A DNA stretch of 64,000 nt, taken from the NCBI GenBank assembly GCA_963708025.1, contig CAVPSB010000002.1:355930-419929 (forward strand). Direction: 5' to 3'. The position numbers and the translations under genes are program-made. This document shows, piece by piece, positions 50,304-60,132 of this stretch. The notes beneath the pieces were generated by a model. The model was given only the letters and a program-made list of their open reading frames with translations. It had not been told where the DNA came from and searched no databases. This DNA comes from an uncultured Candidatus Rokubacteria bacterium (GTDB taxonomy: Bacteria > Methylomirabilota > Methylomirabilia > Rokubacteriales > DASRDR01). How positions within the stretch are numbered: position 1 is the first letter of the stretch; every line of letters begins with the position of its first letter.

Positions 50304-51188
50304 TCACCCGGCTCGGGGCGGGTGACTGCCGGGGCTCCCCGGCGCAGGTGGTGATGGCCTGATCCCTCTTCGCCCCCAGGATGCCGAAGAGAGCCGAGCC
50401 CTTCGCGGTCTTCCGGTGCGAGCTGGTCGAGCGGGGGCGTCGGGACGAGGAGGCGTGACGGTGCGAGTAGGCGGACCAGCCGGAGGACGGACTGTTGGGA
50501 GATCGGGCCGGGGCGGAAGGAGGCGCGGGGGTGACGGTATCCAGCGCCGCGTGGCGTCGGGCTCAGGACGCGCTGCGGTGAGTCCGAGAAACGGCAACCA
50601 GACCTCTCGGCAGTAGCGGCCGAGCCCCTCCGGGTCGGCCGCCCCGACGTATGGGTGGTTGATAGCCGTCCGTCGCGGCCTGCACCTAAACCCCTCGATG
50701 CCGGCCGAACCATATGGGTATCCGGCGCTCCCGAGGAGCCGTGCCCAGCGCACCGGCCAGTCGTGGAGACCCACCTCGTTCCGCAGGTATCGGCCGGGGA
50801 CCTGACCTCGCCGGACAACGCGCCCCCAGTCGTACTCGGGGCGGACGATCGATCCGAAGAAAATGACGCCGCGGAAGGCGACCTCGCCTTCGTGCTCGGC
50901 GAGTGCCCGGGTGACGAGGTAGGATCCGAGACTATGCGCGATGACAGCAGGGACGCCATGCGCATCTCGAACGCGCGCGTACGTCTCGAGGAACTCGCGC
51001 GTCACCCGAGTGGCGGTCGTGCCATGAGGTCGCAGGAGCGCGACCAGCCCGGTCCAGCGTGAGTACGTGAAGGACACCGGCTTGGCCTGGGCCTCGAGAA
51101 CCGCCGCTCCGCACGAGGTGATCCACCCCCGGACTGGGTCTCGCCATAGCGGCAACCCATGCACGAGCAGCACCGCCGGCTGCTCCAT
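50304..51188 (-). CDS. Alpha/beta hydrolase-like protein (C-terminus uncertain)
   Basis: VLLVHG, IAHSLGSY nucleophile elbow, VIFFGSI, D.PVR, YGSAG..GF; low-complexity tail. Confidence 0.65.
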   Translation of the reverse strand: MEQPAVLLVHGLPLWRDPVRGWITSCGAAVLEAQAKPVSFTYSRWTGLVALLRPHGTTATRVTREFLETYARVRDAHGVPAVIAHSLGSYLVTRALAEHEGEVAFRGVIFFGSIVRPEYDWGRVVRRGQVPGRYLRNEVGLHDWPVRWARLLGSAGYPYGSAGIEGFRCRPRRTAINHPYVGAADPEGLGRYCREVWLPFLGLTAARPEPDATRRWIPSPPRLLPPRPDLPTVRPPAGPPTRTVTPPRPDAPARPARTGRPRRARLSSASWGRRGIRPSPPAPGSPGSHPPRAG

Positions 51189-51227
51189 GTCACTCTTCCC
51201 CGGCGATGGGTTATCCGCTGGGTGCGT

Positions 51228-51932
51228 TCAGGCCGTCTTGGCCGACTTCCGCCCCGCGGCGGAACGCTTCGATCTCCTGGCGCGAGCGAGGGGGCGTCGA
51301 TCAGGCTCCGGCACGCGGGCGAGCGGCCGCCGCGGCACCCCGCCCGCCACCCCGACTTCCGCGAGGACCATCTTGACTCCAGCGATGGTGCTCGCGACGG
51401 CGTCGCGCAGACTCCGCCCCGCTGCCAACCCGACGCGGTCAACAGCGAGGACGGCTCCCTCAACCGCATCGACGGCCGGCGATCCGACCTCGCCGCCGAC
51501 CTCTCGAGTGGTCTGGACGGTGGCCGTGACGGTTCGCCGCGACAGTGAGCCGACACTCCCACCGACCTCCTCGACGATGCCGATCGTCGCGGCGGCCGAC
51601 CGCTCGACGGCATCCGAGAGTTGGCCACCGATCTCCTGTGTTGCCCTGAGCGAGCCCTGGACCGTACCCCTGGCAAACTCCCCAAGGTCCTTGCCGATGG
51701 CGGACACGGCCTTCGCGGCGCCTCGGACGGTCGTGACCGCCAGTGAGCCCATCCGGCCCCCTACGTCTTCGACGCTCTCCACAGCGGCCGTCAGGGTGTT
51801 CCGGGCCAGGTGTACCGCGCCAACAGTCAGGGCCTCGGCCGCACCGGCCACGTCCTGGGCCACTCGTGTCACCGGGCCGGCCTCGTCCGCCCGAGTCGTC
51901 GCCGGCTTGGCCGGCATTGCCTTCCTTGTCAT
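51228..51932 (-). CDS. Hypothetical protein with 22-aa amphipathic helical repeats and basic tail
   Basis: GGGAGG RBS; about six [VT]xx[VI]G repeats spaced 22 aa apart. Confidence 0.7.
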   Translation of the reverse strand: MTRKAMPAKPATTRADEAGPVTRVAQDVAGAAEALTVGAVHLARNTLTAAVESVEDVGGRMGSLAVTTVRGAAKAVSAIGKDLGEFARGTVQGSLRATQEIGGQLSDAVERSAAATIGIVEEVGGSVGSLSRRTVTATVQTTREVGGEVGSPAVDAVEGAVLAVDRVGLAAGRSLRDAVASTIAGVKMVLAEVGVAGGVPRRPLARVPEPDRRPLARARRSKRSAAGRKSAKTA

Positions 51933-52220
51933 CGTGCACCTCCCGCCAGTCTGGACAAGCGTTGCGCAACAATTTCGTCGGCTGACGCAATGTGATCGTA
52001 ACCATACGGTCGGGGGATTGCGGCGTCAAGCGAAAGCTGCCGTCCCCACCAGTGACAACACGGGAACTCGCCCTTTGAGGGAGTCCGGCTTGGCGGCCGC
52101 CTGCGCCAGATTCTCCACGAACCTGCGGACTACTCCGGAAACCCCGCTGACCACTGGTCGGCCCCTCCCTCTACCTCTGCTTCGCGCCCGGTCTGATCCT
52201 GGTCGTGCGAAATGCGCCCA

Positions 52221-52650
52221 TCAAGCCTCGGCGACCGTGGGGACCTCTCCGTGGGGGGTCGCGTCGTACGAAAAGGCACCAAACCCTGGCGGCGTCAACT
52301 CGACGACTGACAGATCGCCGGAGCGTGCCCAGTTCAGCATGTCCTCCGCGAACGCGCCGCTGTCCGTGCCCGTGTACTTGAGCAGGTCCTTGCGGCACAC
52401 GTCAATGGCGAGGTCGACATCGCCGTCGATGACCCGAACTTTGGCGCGCCCCCGCACGCCACGCGCGTGCCCCCCCGACCCGGTGTCCACGGTGAAGTAG
52501 GCGCGCTGGTTGGCGCGCAGCACCCTCGCCTTATGGGACGTCTTCGCGACGACGAGGCGGAATACCCCGCCCTCGAACAGGTGCCAGACGGGATGCACGA
52601 GGGGCCAGCCGCTCTCATCCACCATCCCGAGACGCAGGAAGAGAGGTTCA
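52221..52650 (-). pseudogene. Pyridoxamine 5'-phosphate oxidase family protein, 5' end disrupted by IS
   Basis: LRLGMVDESGWP.VHPVW...F.....S.KAR.LRAN....FTVD....RGV.G.A. Confidence 0.7.
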
Positions 52651-52883
52651 GTCACGCCGTCATCGTGAACCTGATCGCAGCGACGACGACCCCAACGGGC
52701 CTTCGCGTGCGAGCCCGGGTGGACACGAACCGCTATCCCTCGGGCCTCACGGTCAGTCGCGACGCCTTGGCTGCCGTCCGGCTCCGACCCGATTCGTTTC
52801 ACGGGGACTGGAACTACACCATCCTTCCCACCCCATCGGCAACGCGATAGAATCTGGTCCACTTATTTCGTAGCGGGCCCTTA
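52648..52883 (+). mobile_element. ISAzo13-family transposase 3' remnant with terminal end
   Basis: SHAVIVNLIAATTT.TGL.V.A.VD...YP.G..VS...L.....FHGDWNYTILP, then a TTATTTC...CCCTTA end. Confidence 0.8.
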
Positions 52884-52986
52884 GCCGAGGCCGCGGCGTT
52901 GACGTACCGTGACCGAGCATGCCCCAATTCGATGCCCAACCGGCGCCAAAACCGGCATCACCTGCACGCGGCGGCAGCATGAAGAG

Positions 52987-53256
52987 TCAGCGCTTGCGCG
53001 GGCGGCGACCCTCGCGGTAGGCGGCGACCCCCGCGCGGACACCCGCACGCACGCCGCGGGCGATCACTGCTGCCTCGGCGACCGCCTGACGCACTTTGGG
53101 CTCGAGTGCGCGCACGGTGCGCTCGACCTTCACGCGTGTCCGCCGCTCGAGTCGCTTGAGGCGACGGCGCGTCTGGCCGCGTGCCTTGTCGGCCCGAGCA
53201 CTGAGGTTCGTCAGGTGGTCTTGGAGGACCTTCAGCTGCTTCTCGAGACGTTTCAT
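52987..53256 (-). CDS. Small basic coiled-coil hypothetical protein
   Basis: CAGGAGA RBS; heptad-like MKRLEKQLKVLQDHLTNL. Confidence 0.55.
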   Translation of the reverse strand: MKRLEKQLKVLQDHLTNLSARADKARGQTRRRLKRLERRTRVKVERTVRALEPKVRQAVAEAAVIARGVRAGVRAGVAAYREGRRPRKR

Positions 53257-53531
53257 CGTGTCTCCTGCAGGTTACCACTGAAACTGGCGGCAATGACCGG
53301 CGGCGTGTGTGGAATGAGCAGCAAGGCGAAGGCTCCTCTCGGCCGAAAGGCCAAATGGGGCTTCATGCGAGCACCGCGCTCACTTCAGCCGAGGTCTTCA
53401 GCCGAACTCGCACGGCGGCAGGCACTCGCGGCGCAGAACTTGGCCGATATCCGAGCCAGGGCCGGCCGCGCAGTACCTCATCGGCCCGGGACTTCCCGAA
53501 GCTAACGCGCGCCGCCACGGAGGGTGGCTCG

Positions 53532-54283
53532 TCAGTCGTCGAGGACCGTCAGGTCGAGCTGGCGAAGGCGCTCGGGGTCGGCAACCAGGTCGATCTCGAC
53601 GATCCTGCCGCGCACAATCGTGAAGGCGAAGACGACACGCGGCTGTCCGCCCGGAGCCCACACGAGTCCCGCGGCGCCATTCACGAGCGCCGGTTGTGCG
53701 GCCTGGGCGCGCCCCGAGAAGGTCTTGGCCACGGCCGCCGCCCCGCGGACCTCGCTCGAAGCGCCCGCCCGCACGGCGGCGGGGTCGGCTCGGAGCACGA
53801 CCTCTGGGTCCAGCACCGCGAGCAGCGCAGCGAAGTCGCCGCCGCGCGAGGCGGCACGGAACGCGTCGACCACTTCTCGCTGGCGGGTGCGATCGGCGTC
53901 GGGAACCGCGGCCGATCCCTGCACGCGATGGCGTGCGCGGCTCGCGAGCTGCCGTGCCGCGGTCGGGGAGCGTCCCACGATGGGAGCGATCTCGTCGAAC
54001 GGCAGGTCGAACAGGTCGTGCAGCACGAACGCGACCCGCTCGGCGGGCGCCAGCGTGTCGAGCACGACGAGCAGCGCGAGACCGACCGAGTCGGCCAGGA
54101 GCGCTTCGTGCTCGGGGTCGGTCCCGTCCTCGCGGCTCACGATCGGCTCGGGCGCGTGCGCGTCCAGGGGCTCCTCGCGCCGCGACTTGCGCGAGCGCAG
54201 CATGTCCAGGCACACGCGCGCGACGACTGTCGTTAGCCATCCCGCTAGGTTCTCGACGCCGCTCGTATCAGAGCGGCTAAACC
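53532..54283 (-). pseudogene. ECF41/SigJ-like sigma factor with SnoaL-like tail, 5' truncated
   Basis: Begins mid region 2 (RLSRSDTSGVENLAGWLTTVVARVCLDMLRSR), AERVAFVLHD, AARQLASRAR, LLAVLDPEVVLRAD, VNGAAG; no N-terminus. Confidence 0.8.
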
Positions 54284-54329
54284 GTCCGTCGTGTCGGGAT
54301 TCTTGCGGGCGATCACCGCACGTCGGCGA

Positions 54330-55028
54330 TCACCAGACGAAGGGGACGAGGCGATAGCGGACCCGGCGGCGATAGTCGTCGTAGCCGGGGAGCTCGGCCG
54401 CCAAGAGGGCCTCTTCTTCGATGATGCGCACGACGAGCAGCGGCGACAGCGCCATGCTGGCGGCGAGTGCCGAGGCCGCGCCGGTGACGAGCGGCCCGCC
54501 CACGAACATGAGGATTCCGCCGAGATACATGGGGTGGCGCACCAGGCTGTACACGCCGGTCGAGACCACGCGGTGCTCGCGCTCGGTCTGGATGCGCACC
54601 AGCGCCGACGCGAACGGGTTGTCGGTGAGCGAGCGAAACAAGAAGAACCACGACACCGCCAAGAGCGCGCCGCCGACGACCTTGAGGGCGAGAGGCAGCG
54701 GTGGCGTCCAGTGGAAGCGCCGCGCGTCGAGCGGCATGAGCACGATCCAGGCGATGAAGCCGAGCATCACGAGGTAGACGATGATCGTGTCACGGCGGCT
54801 CTGCCCGCCGCTGCCGGGCAGGCGGGAGCGCTCGGCGAGCAGCGCCGGATCGTTGCGATACAGCCAGACAATGGTGCTGACGCACATGGCGAGGAACCAA
54901 CCGCCGAAGATCCAGCCCTCGGGCCAGCGCCAGTCGCTGGCGAGGAACAGGATCAGCGCCGGCCACAAGACCAGGGACAGCGTGGCCAGGATCAGCTTGG
55001 GTGGCGACAGGCGCGTCGGCGTCGGCAT
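54330..55028 (-). CDS. Isoprenylcysteine carboxyl methyltransferase family membrane protein
   Basis: LLAER, NPFAS..VRIQ..R.H.VVSTGVY..VRHPMY, EE..L..ELPGY..Y..RV.YRL.P. Confidence 0.88.
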   Translation of the reverse strand: MPTPTRLSPPKLILATLSLVLWPALILFLASDWRWPEGWIFGGWFLAMCVSTIVWLYRNDPALLAERSRLPGSGGQSRRDTIIVYLVMLGFIAWIVLMPLDARRFHWTPPLPLALKVVGGALLAVSWFFLFRSLTDNPFASALVRIQTEREHRVVSTGVYSLVRHPMYLGGILMFVGGPLVTGAASALAASMALSPLLVVRIIEEEALLAAELPGYDDYRRRVRYRLVPFVW

Positions 55029-55094
55029 CGGGAAGGTATCTCTGCGGCTGGGACGTCTGGCCGCGTCCCGCCCTCGGTCTGGGTTCAGGGTACC

Positions 55095-56147
55095 TCAGGG
55101 GTGTGAGTGGGACTCAAGCCCGTCATGCGTGTGAGCGTCAATGCGGTGGTGGGATTCCCCGCACTCGTTGCTCGGATCGATGTGGACCGTGACCCCCGAG
55201 ACATGGGGCAGATGGTGGAGGATCTGGTGCCGGACCTCCTTGGCCATTGTATGGCCCTCCGCGACGGTCCGATCTCCGTCCACCGCGACGCTCAGCTCAA
55301 GCGTGAGCCGATGCCCGATCCAGCGTGCCCGGACCTCCCCGACGTCACACACACCTGGGACGTGGCGGGCGGCGAGCGTGGCGGCATCCAAGACGTCGGG
55401 TTCGATCCCGTCGAGCATCCGCGTGAAGACGGCGCGGGCCGCCTGCCCCACGAGCACCAGGATCACCAGGGTGATGAGGAGTCCGACGATCGGATCGGCC
55501 AGGGGATAGCCGGCCCATACGCCCGCCACACCGACCAGGACGGCCAAGCTGGTGACGCCGTCGGCCCGCGCGTGATACCCGTCCGCCAGGAGCGCGGCGC
55601 TGCCGATCTCCCGGCCCACCTTGATCCGGAAGATCGCCACGGCCTCGTTGCCGAGAAAGCCGATCACGGAGGCGCCGGCCACCGCCCAGAGATGCTCGAC
55701 CGGTGCGGGATGCAGGAAGCGCTGCACCACTTCGTACCCCGCGACCAGTGCCGTGAAGAGAATCGTCAGGACGATGACCACGCCGGCCAGGTCCTCCACG
55801 CGACCATAGCCGTAGGGGAAGCGCCGCGTTGACCCGAGCCGGGCGAAGGCGAAGGCCACCCCCAGGGGGATCGCAGTGGCCGCGTCGGCAAAGTTATGGA
55901 TCGTGTCCGCCAGAAGCGCCACGCTGCCCGAGAGCAGCACGATCACGAGCTGGATCAGGGCGGTCCCGAGCAGGCCGGCGACGGACCACTTCAGCGCCCA
56001 GAGCCCCCGGCCGGTGGCAACGATCGACGGGTCCGCCATGCCATGGGAGTAGCTATGGTGGAAAGCGCGGGTGCGTACTCCGGGCCGTTCGTGCGCATGC
56101 GGTCGGCCTGCCTCGCCTGGGTCGTGATGATGATGCTCAGCGTCCAT
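55095..56147 (-). CDS. Cation diffusion facilitator family metal transporter
   Basis: SVALLADTIHNFAD, FPYGYGRVED, ALLADGYHARAD, His-rich termini. Confidence 0.92.
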   Translation of the reverse strand: MDAEHHHHDPGEAGRPHAHERPGVRTRAFHHSYSHGMADPSIVATGRGLWALKWSVAGLLGTALIQLVIVLLSGSVALLADTIHNFADAATAIPLGVAFAFARLGSTRRFPYGYGRVEDLAGVVIVLTILFTALVAGYEVVQRFLHPAPVEHLWAVAGASVIGFLGNEAVAIFRIKVGREIGSAALLADGYHARADGVTSLAVLVGVAGVWAGYPLADPIVGLLITLVILVLVGQAARAVFTRMLDGIEPDVLDAATLAARHVPGVCDVGEVRARWIGHRLTLELSVAVDGDRTVAEGHTMAKEVRHQILHHLPHVSGVTVHIDPSNECGESHHRIDAHTHDGLESHSHP

Positions 56148-56342
56148 GCACGAGCCTCCCCGGGGGGCGCCCAGGCCCCCGATGATTCTACCGCCCCATG
56201 GCCGCTGGCGGCTCCATCGGCCCTCGCGCCGGTCGCTCAGCGAGGGGCCACCCTTCCGCCCCTCATCCGCGTGGTAGGAGCGGAAGAGGCGCGCCCCTCC
56301 CATCGGCAGGCGGCAGGCTCGTCATGCACTGACAGACCCACC

Positions 56343-57479
56343 CTAGCGCCACTTAGGGGCGATGGCTGTCCGGTCGATCGGGTCCCAGCCGACCGCCATG
56401 CCAGCCGCCACCCGTTCTGCCGCGCTCCAGTGGCGCGAGGTGAGAAGCCGGTTCGGCCAGTCGAGCGCCGCGGTCAAATAGACGGGCTGCCGGGTTAGCC
56501 GGTATTCACGGACGCAGGCCTCGGCGAACTTGATGGCATGAGGGTCGCCCGTGTCTACCGCGCGCTCGACGATCTCCGGTTCCGAGGGCGGCGTCGAATC
56601 GTCTGGCGCGACGGGCGTGTCCCCGCCAAACGCGGCGACCCAGGCTGCGAGCGCCTGCCAGGTATACGCAAGTGCGACCTCGCGCATCCCTGCCGGCAGG
56701 TGTGGCAGGAGGATCCGCAGCGCGGCGGGCCCCGTGACCGCATGGACAAACACCAGCGGGTGTGCCGAGGCATGTGCCAGGTACAGCCGGGCTCCCATCT
56801 CCGTGAGCGCGCTGAGGGTCGTTTCCACCATCCCGTGCGCCCCGAAGGTGTTCACCGCTTCGGGAAACTCGGGGTACCCTTCGACCACGCGCACGAACTC
56901 CCGTGGGACGCCCTCTCGTCGCATTCCCAGCCGCTCTCGATTACGGCCGATCCGGGGAATCCGATCGATCGCCTGGATCAGGTCGAGGGAGCCCTGGAGG
57001 TGGGGAACGCCGGGCAACGTCAGGTAGTAGGCCGCCCAGTATGCGAGTGCCGTGCCGAACTCCTCGACTCGGAGCGGCGTCTCCGCCTCAGCGACGGCGC
57101 GAACGGCATGTGCCGTGCGAATCAGACCGTGGGTGCCAGCCGCCATGGTGCCTGGGATCAGCCGCGGCAGCCACCGCGCGAAGACGGCCGGCCACGGGGC
57201 CTCGGCCAGCTCTGTGCGGAGGAAGGCCTGCCAGTCGCCGATTCGGCCGATGGCGCCCAGTGCCTCCTGCCAGGTCCCCGCGGTCACGGGCGAGACCGCC
57301 TCGGGCATGGGACCAAGCTCCTGGCGGTAGCGATCCACCCACTGTGGCACTTCGTCGGAGCAGCCGAGAGCCATGAGGGCCTCCGCCGCCATCGGTCCAT
57401 GATTGGGCCCGCCGTCGCCCCCCACTTCGGGTCCCGTCCCGCGCAGACGTTCGAGTGCGTCGTCGAGGACACTGTTCAT
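56343..57479 (-). CDS. Questin oxidase family (DUF4243-like) protein
   Basis: NHGPMAAEAL, THGLIRTAHA, LAYWAA, VHAVTGPAA, GDPHAIKFAEA. Confidence 0.78.
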   Translation of the reverse strand: MNSVLDDALERLRGTGPEVGGDGGPNHGPMAAEALMALGCSDEVPQWVDRYRQELGPMPEAVSPVTAGTWQEALGAIGRIGDWQAFLRTELAEAPWPAVFARWLPRLIPGTMAAGTHGLIRTAHAVRAVAEAETPLRVEEFGTALAYWAAYYLTLPGVPHLQGSLDLIQAIDRIPRIGRNRERLGMRREGVPREFVRVVEGYPEFPEAVNTFGAHGMVETTLSALTEMGARLYLAHASAHPLVFVHAVTGPAALRILLPHLPAGMREVALAYTWQALAAWVAAFGGDTPVAPDDSTPPSEPEIVERAVDTGDPHAIKFAEACVREYRLTRQPVYLTAALDWPNRLLTSRHWSAAERVAAGMAVGWDPIDRTAIAPKWR

Positions 57480-57570
57480 CGCCAGCCACCTCCGGATCGG
57501 TATCTCGCCATTCTCTCTGGTGAGCGATCCAGCTCGGAGCGTACCGGCGAAATGGGGTTGCGTCCAATGC

Positions 57571-57586
57571 ATTCGATCTCTAGAAT
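57571..57586. promoter_or_regulatory. Putative LysR box (T-N11-A within ATTC..GAAT dyad)
   Basis: ATTCGATCTCTAGAAT between the divergent LysR and questin-oxidase genes. Confidence 0.35.
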
Positions 57587-57619
57587 CCATAACGACAAGG
57601 CATCACCCGGCTTGCCGTT

Positions 57620-58585
57620 ATGGACTTGAGACACCTCCGGTACTTCGTCACCGTCGCCGAGGCCGGCGGGTTCTCGAAGGCGGCGACCCAACTGCACATC
57701 AGCCAGCCCGCCCTGTCGCGGCAAGTGCGCGATCTCGAACGAGAGCTCGGTGTCCGGCTCTTCGACCGCGTCGGGCGGCGCATTAGGCTGACGGGCGAGG
57801 GCGACGAGTTGCTGATCCACGCGCGCACCTTGCTCGCCGATGCTCAGTCATTTGGCGAGCGCGCCACGGCGCTCACGCGAGGCGCGACGGGAATTCTCCG
57901 CATCGGCGCCTCGCCGCAGACGATCGAGAGTCTCCTGGCGAGCTTTCTCCTTCACTACCAGCGCGCCCACCGCGGCATCGACATTCGTGTGACGCAAGAC
58001 GCCGGTGTTCGCCTCCTCGAGAAGGTGGAGCGGGGAGACCTTCACGTGGCGGTGACCCTGCCAGGGGCCGGCTCGCTTCGGAGTCAGATGCTCTTCCCGG
58101 TGCGAGTTCTCGCGGTGACGGCGGCCTCGCAGGGGGCTCGGCGGCGCACCGTTGACCTCGCGGCCCTGGCGAACCGGCCCCTGCTGCTCCCGCGGCGAGG
58201 CTTCGCGATCCGCGAGCTCTTCGACGCCGCCTGTCAGCTGACGCACCTGCGACCGCGAGTCGTGTTCGAGAGTGATGAGGCGCACTCGCTGGTCGCGCTG
58301 GCGCGAGCCGGTCACGGCACCGCGATCGTGGGCTCTCTCGCTCGATTACCCCGCAGCGGGGTCGCCGCGGCTGCGGTCCGCCATGGAGAGGGTTCGCTCG
58401 GCTTCTGGGCGGCCGCCGTCTGGGATCCTCGACGGTTCCTGCCACCGAGCGCGGCGAGCTTCATCGATCGGCTCGTGGCGTACACCCGGCGGTCTTACCC
58501 CGGCGATCAGTTCCGCCACGCGCCGTCGGTGCCTCGCCCGCAGGGGGACATTCAGGGTGATGTGTCGGCGCTTCGAAGACGATGA
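57620..58585 (+). CDS. LysR-family transcriptional regulator
   Basis: MDLRHLRYFVTVAE...FSKAA..LHISQPALSRQVRDLERELGVRLFDR. Confidence 0.95.
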   Translation: MDLRHLRYFVTVAEAGGFSKAATQLHISQPALSRQVRDLERELGVRLFDRVGRRIRLTGEGDELLIHARTLLADAQSFGERATALTRGATGILRIGASPQTIESLLASFLLHYQRAHRGIDIRVTQDAGVRLLEKVERGDLHVAVTLPGAGSLRSQMLFPVRVLAVTAASQGARRRTVDLAALANRPLLLPRRGFAIRELFDAACQLTHLRPRVVFESDEAHSLVALARAGHGTAIVGSLARLPRSGVAAAAVRHGEGSLGFWAAAVWDPRRFLPPSAASFIDRLVAYTRRSYPGDQFRHAPSVPRPQGDIQGDVSALRRR

Positions 58586-59083
58586 GCTCGGTCGAACGGT
58601 GGTTCATGTCCACCAGGCGTCCGGGACCTGGCCGGCCACATCCTCGCTGACGAGATCGTCCAGCATGTCTACGTCATTCACAGGAGTCTCATCGAACGGA
58701 TGGGCATTCGGACACACGACACGAGTCCGGCGTCCTCGAGTCCCGGTTAGTGTCCATCCGTCGCCGTCGTCCTCATGAAGCCGCCTTTTCGAGCCGTCAC
58801 CGAGTACTCCGACAGCAGCCGCCGACAGAAGGAATCCGCCTGTCCCTTCTGTTTGACCCATCCAGGTGTTTGGAAGAGCTGCGGCCGTTCGTCAAGCGCC
58901 TGGGCCATGGCTCCGAACAACATCCCGCGTGGACCAACGTGTTCCGTGTGGAGTGTCAGAATCGCCCTGACCGGCCGACCGGCAGCTTTCGCCTGACGGC
59001 ACCCCCCGCAGGCCCGAAGGATCTTACGCCGCCTGGCGGGTATAGCGATGATGCCATGGGCGTCTCGACGATGCGCCTTGCGT

Positions 59084-59258
59084 CTCGACCACGTCGTGGT
59101 GCTGAACGAAACCCATCTACGTCGCCTGCTGATTCTGCCAAGGCGATCGAGGCGCCGTCTTGACTTCGCAGATTCCCATGCCTTTCACTCGACTCGAGAA
59201 CTCGACGCCGTAGACCCCGCCGCGGTCGCGCAGGAGATATCGAGGGGCAGTGTCCCAG
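59084..59258. mobile_element. rve integrase-core remnants in opposite orientations
   Basis: Plus strand LDHVVVLNETHLRRLL; minus strand PWDTAPRYLLRDRGGVYG..F..RVKGMGI.EVKTAPRSPWQN. Confidence 0.7.
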
Positions 59259-59620
59259 GGGTGTTTCGCCCCACAGGCTTCGGTTTCAGCGGCAACGACC
59301 GGGCGCGGGCGACCGTCCGCGAGATCGCGTCGCTGCTCGCCTCCATCGGTGCCGGCCACGTCGGTCCCTCGGGCCACGGCGTGGACATCGCCCCGATCGT
59401 GGAGGCGGGGGGCATTCCCGCCATGTCCCTGGAGGTCCAAGACGACCGCTACTTCCTGTGTCACCACACGCCGGCGGACACGATCGACCGCCTCGATCCG
59501 GAGGAGGTGTCGCTCAACGTGGGTGCCGTGGCGGTGATGGCGTACGTGGTGGCCGATCTGCCGGAGCGGTTGGGGCATCGGGGGACGGCCGCGGCCGCCA
59601 CCGTCCGGGCGCTCGGCTAG
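59259..59620 (+). pseudogene. M28 peptidase (carboxypeptidase Q-like) C-terminal fragment
   Basis: GVF.P.GF, G.DI.P, RYF..HHTPADTIDRLDP, AVMAYVVAD. Confidence 0.7.
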
Positions 59621-60080
59621 GGGCGGACGACCACACCGACCGCGATCGGTACGGCGCGCGCCAGCGCCGGCTCCTCCATCTCGACCGCCGCCAGCGCGAC
59701 GCCCAGCGGAAAGGCGGCCATTCCGAACACGGTCCACACGAGGAAGTACCCACGCTCACGAGCGCGGTCAGCCGACCGAGGCGCGTCGCGCCTGGCCTGC
59801 CAACGGCCTGGCGGTAGCGCCACAGCATCGGGACCAAGGACGGCAGCATCATCGCCACCATCATCACGACCCATATGCCAAGGAACGACGCCGCGGCGCC
59901 GGGCCACGTCTGTCCGGGCATCCGCATCCACGCCATCGACATCGTCCAGCCGCCGGGCATCGGCATCTCGCCCATCGCCGACATGGACGCGCACCAGACG
60001 ATCGTTCCCGCCGCGCTGGCCGCGAAGAGCAGCGCCGAGACGCCGAAGAAGGCTCGCTGGGAAGCTCGCTCGGAAACCAT
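59617..60080 (-). pseudogene. DUF2182 predicted metal-binding membrane protein, frameshifted and 3' truncated
   Basis: MPMPGGWTMSMAWMRMPGQTW, MMVAMMLPS, GYFLVW; ends abruptly. Confidence 0.72.
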
Positions 60081-60132
60081 GCGTCGTGAGATCTCCAGTC
60101 CCGCGGTTGCGCTATGACGACCACGACTTCGC

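Noticed and set aside
53280-53510. Hairpin-rich intergenic stretch (GGCCGAAAGGCC, CTTCAGCCGA x2) as a ribozyme or ncRNA
   Set aside because: No catalytic core or known motif could be matched by eye
54230-54283. GTTAGCC...GGCTAA dyad as an integron attC site
   Set aside because: Lies within sigma-factor coding sequence; no integron integrase or cassette array
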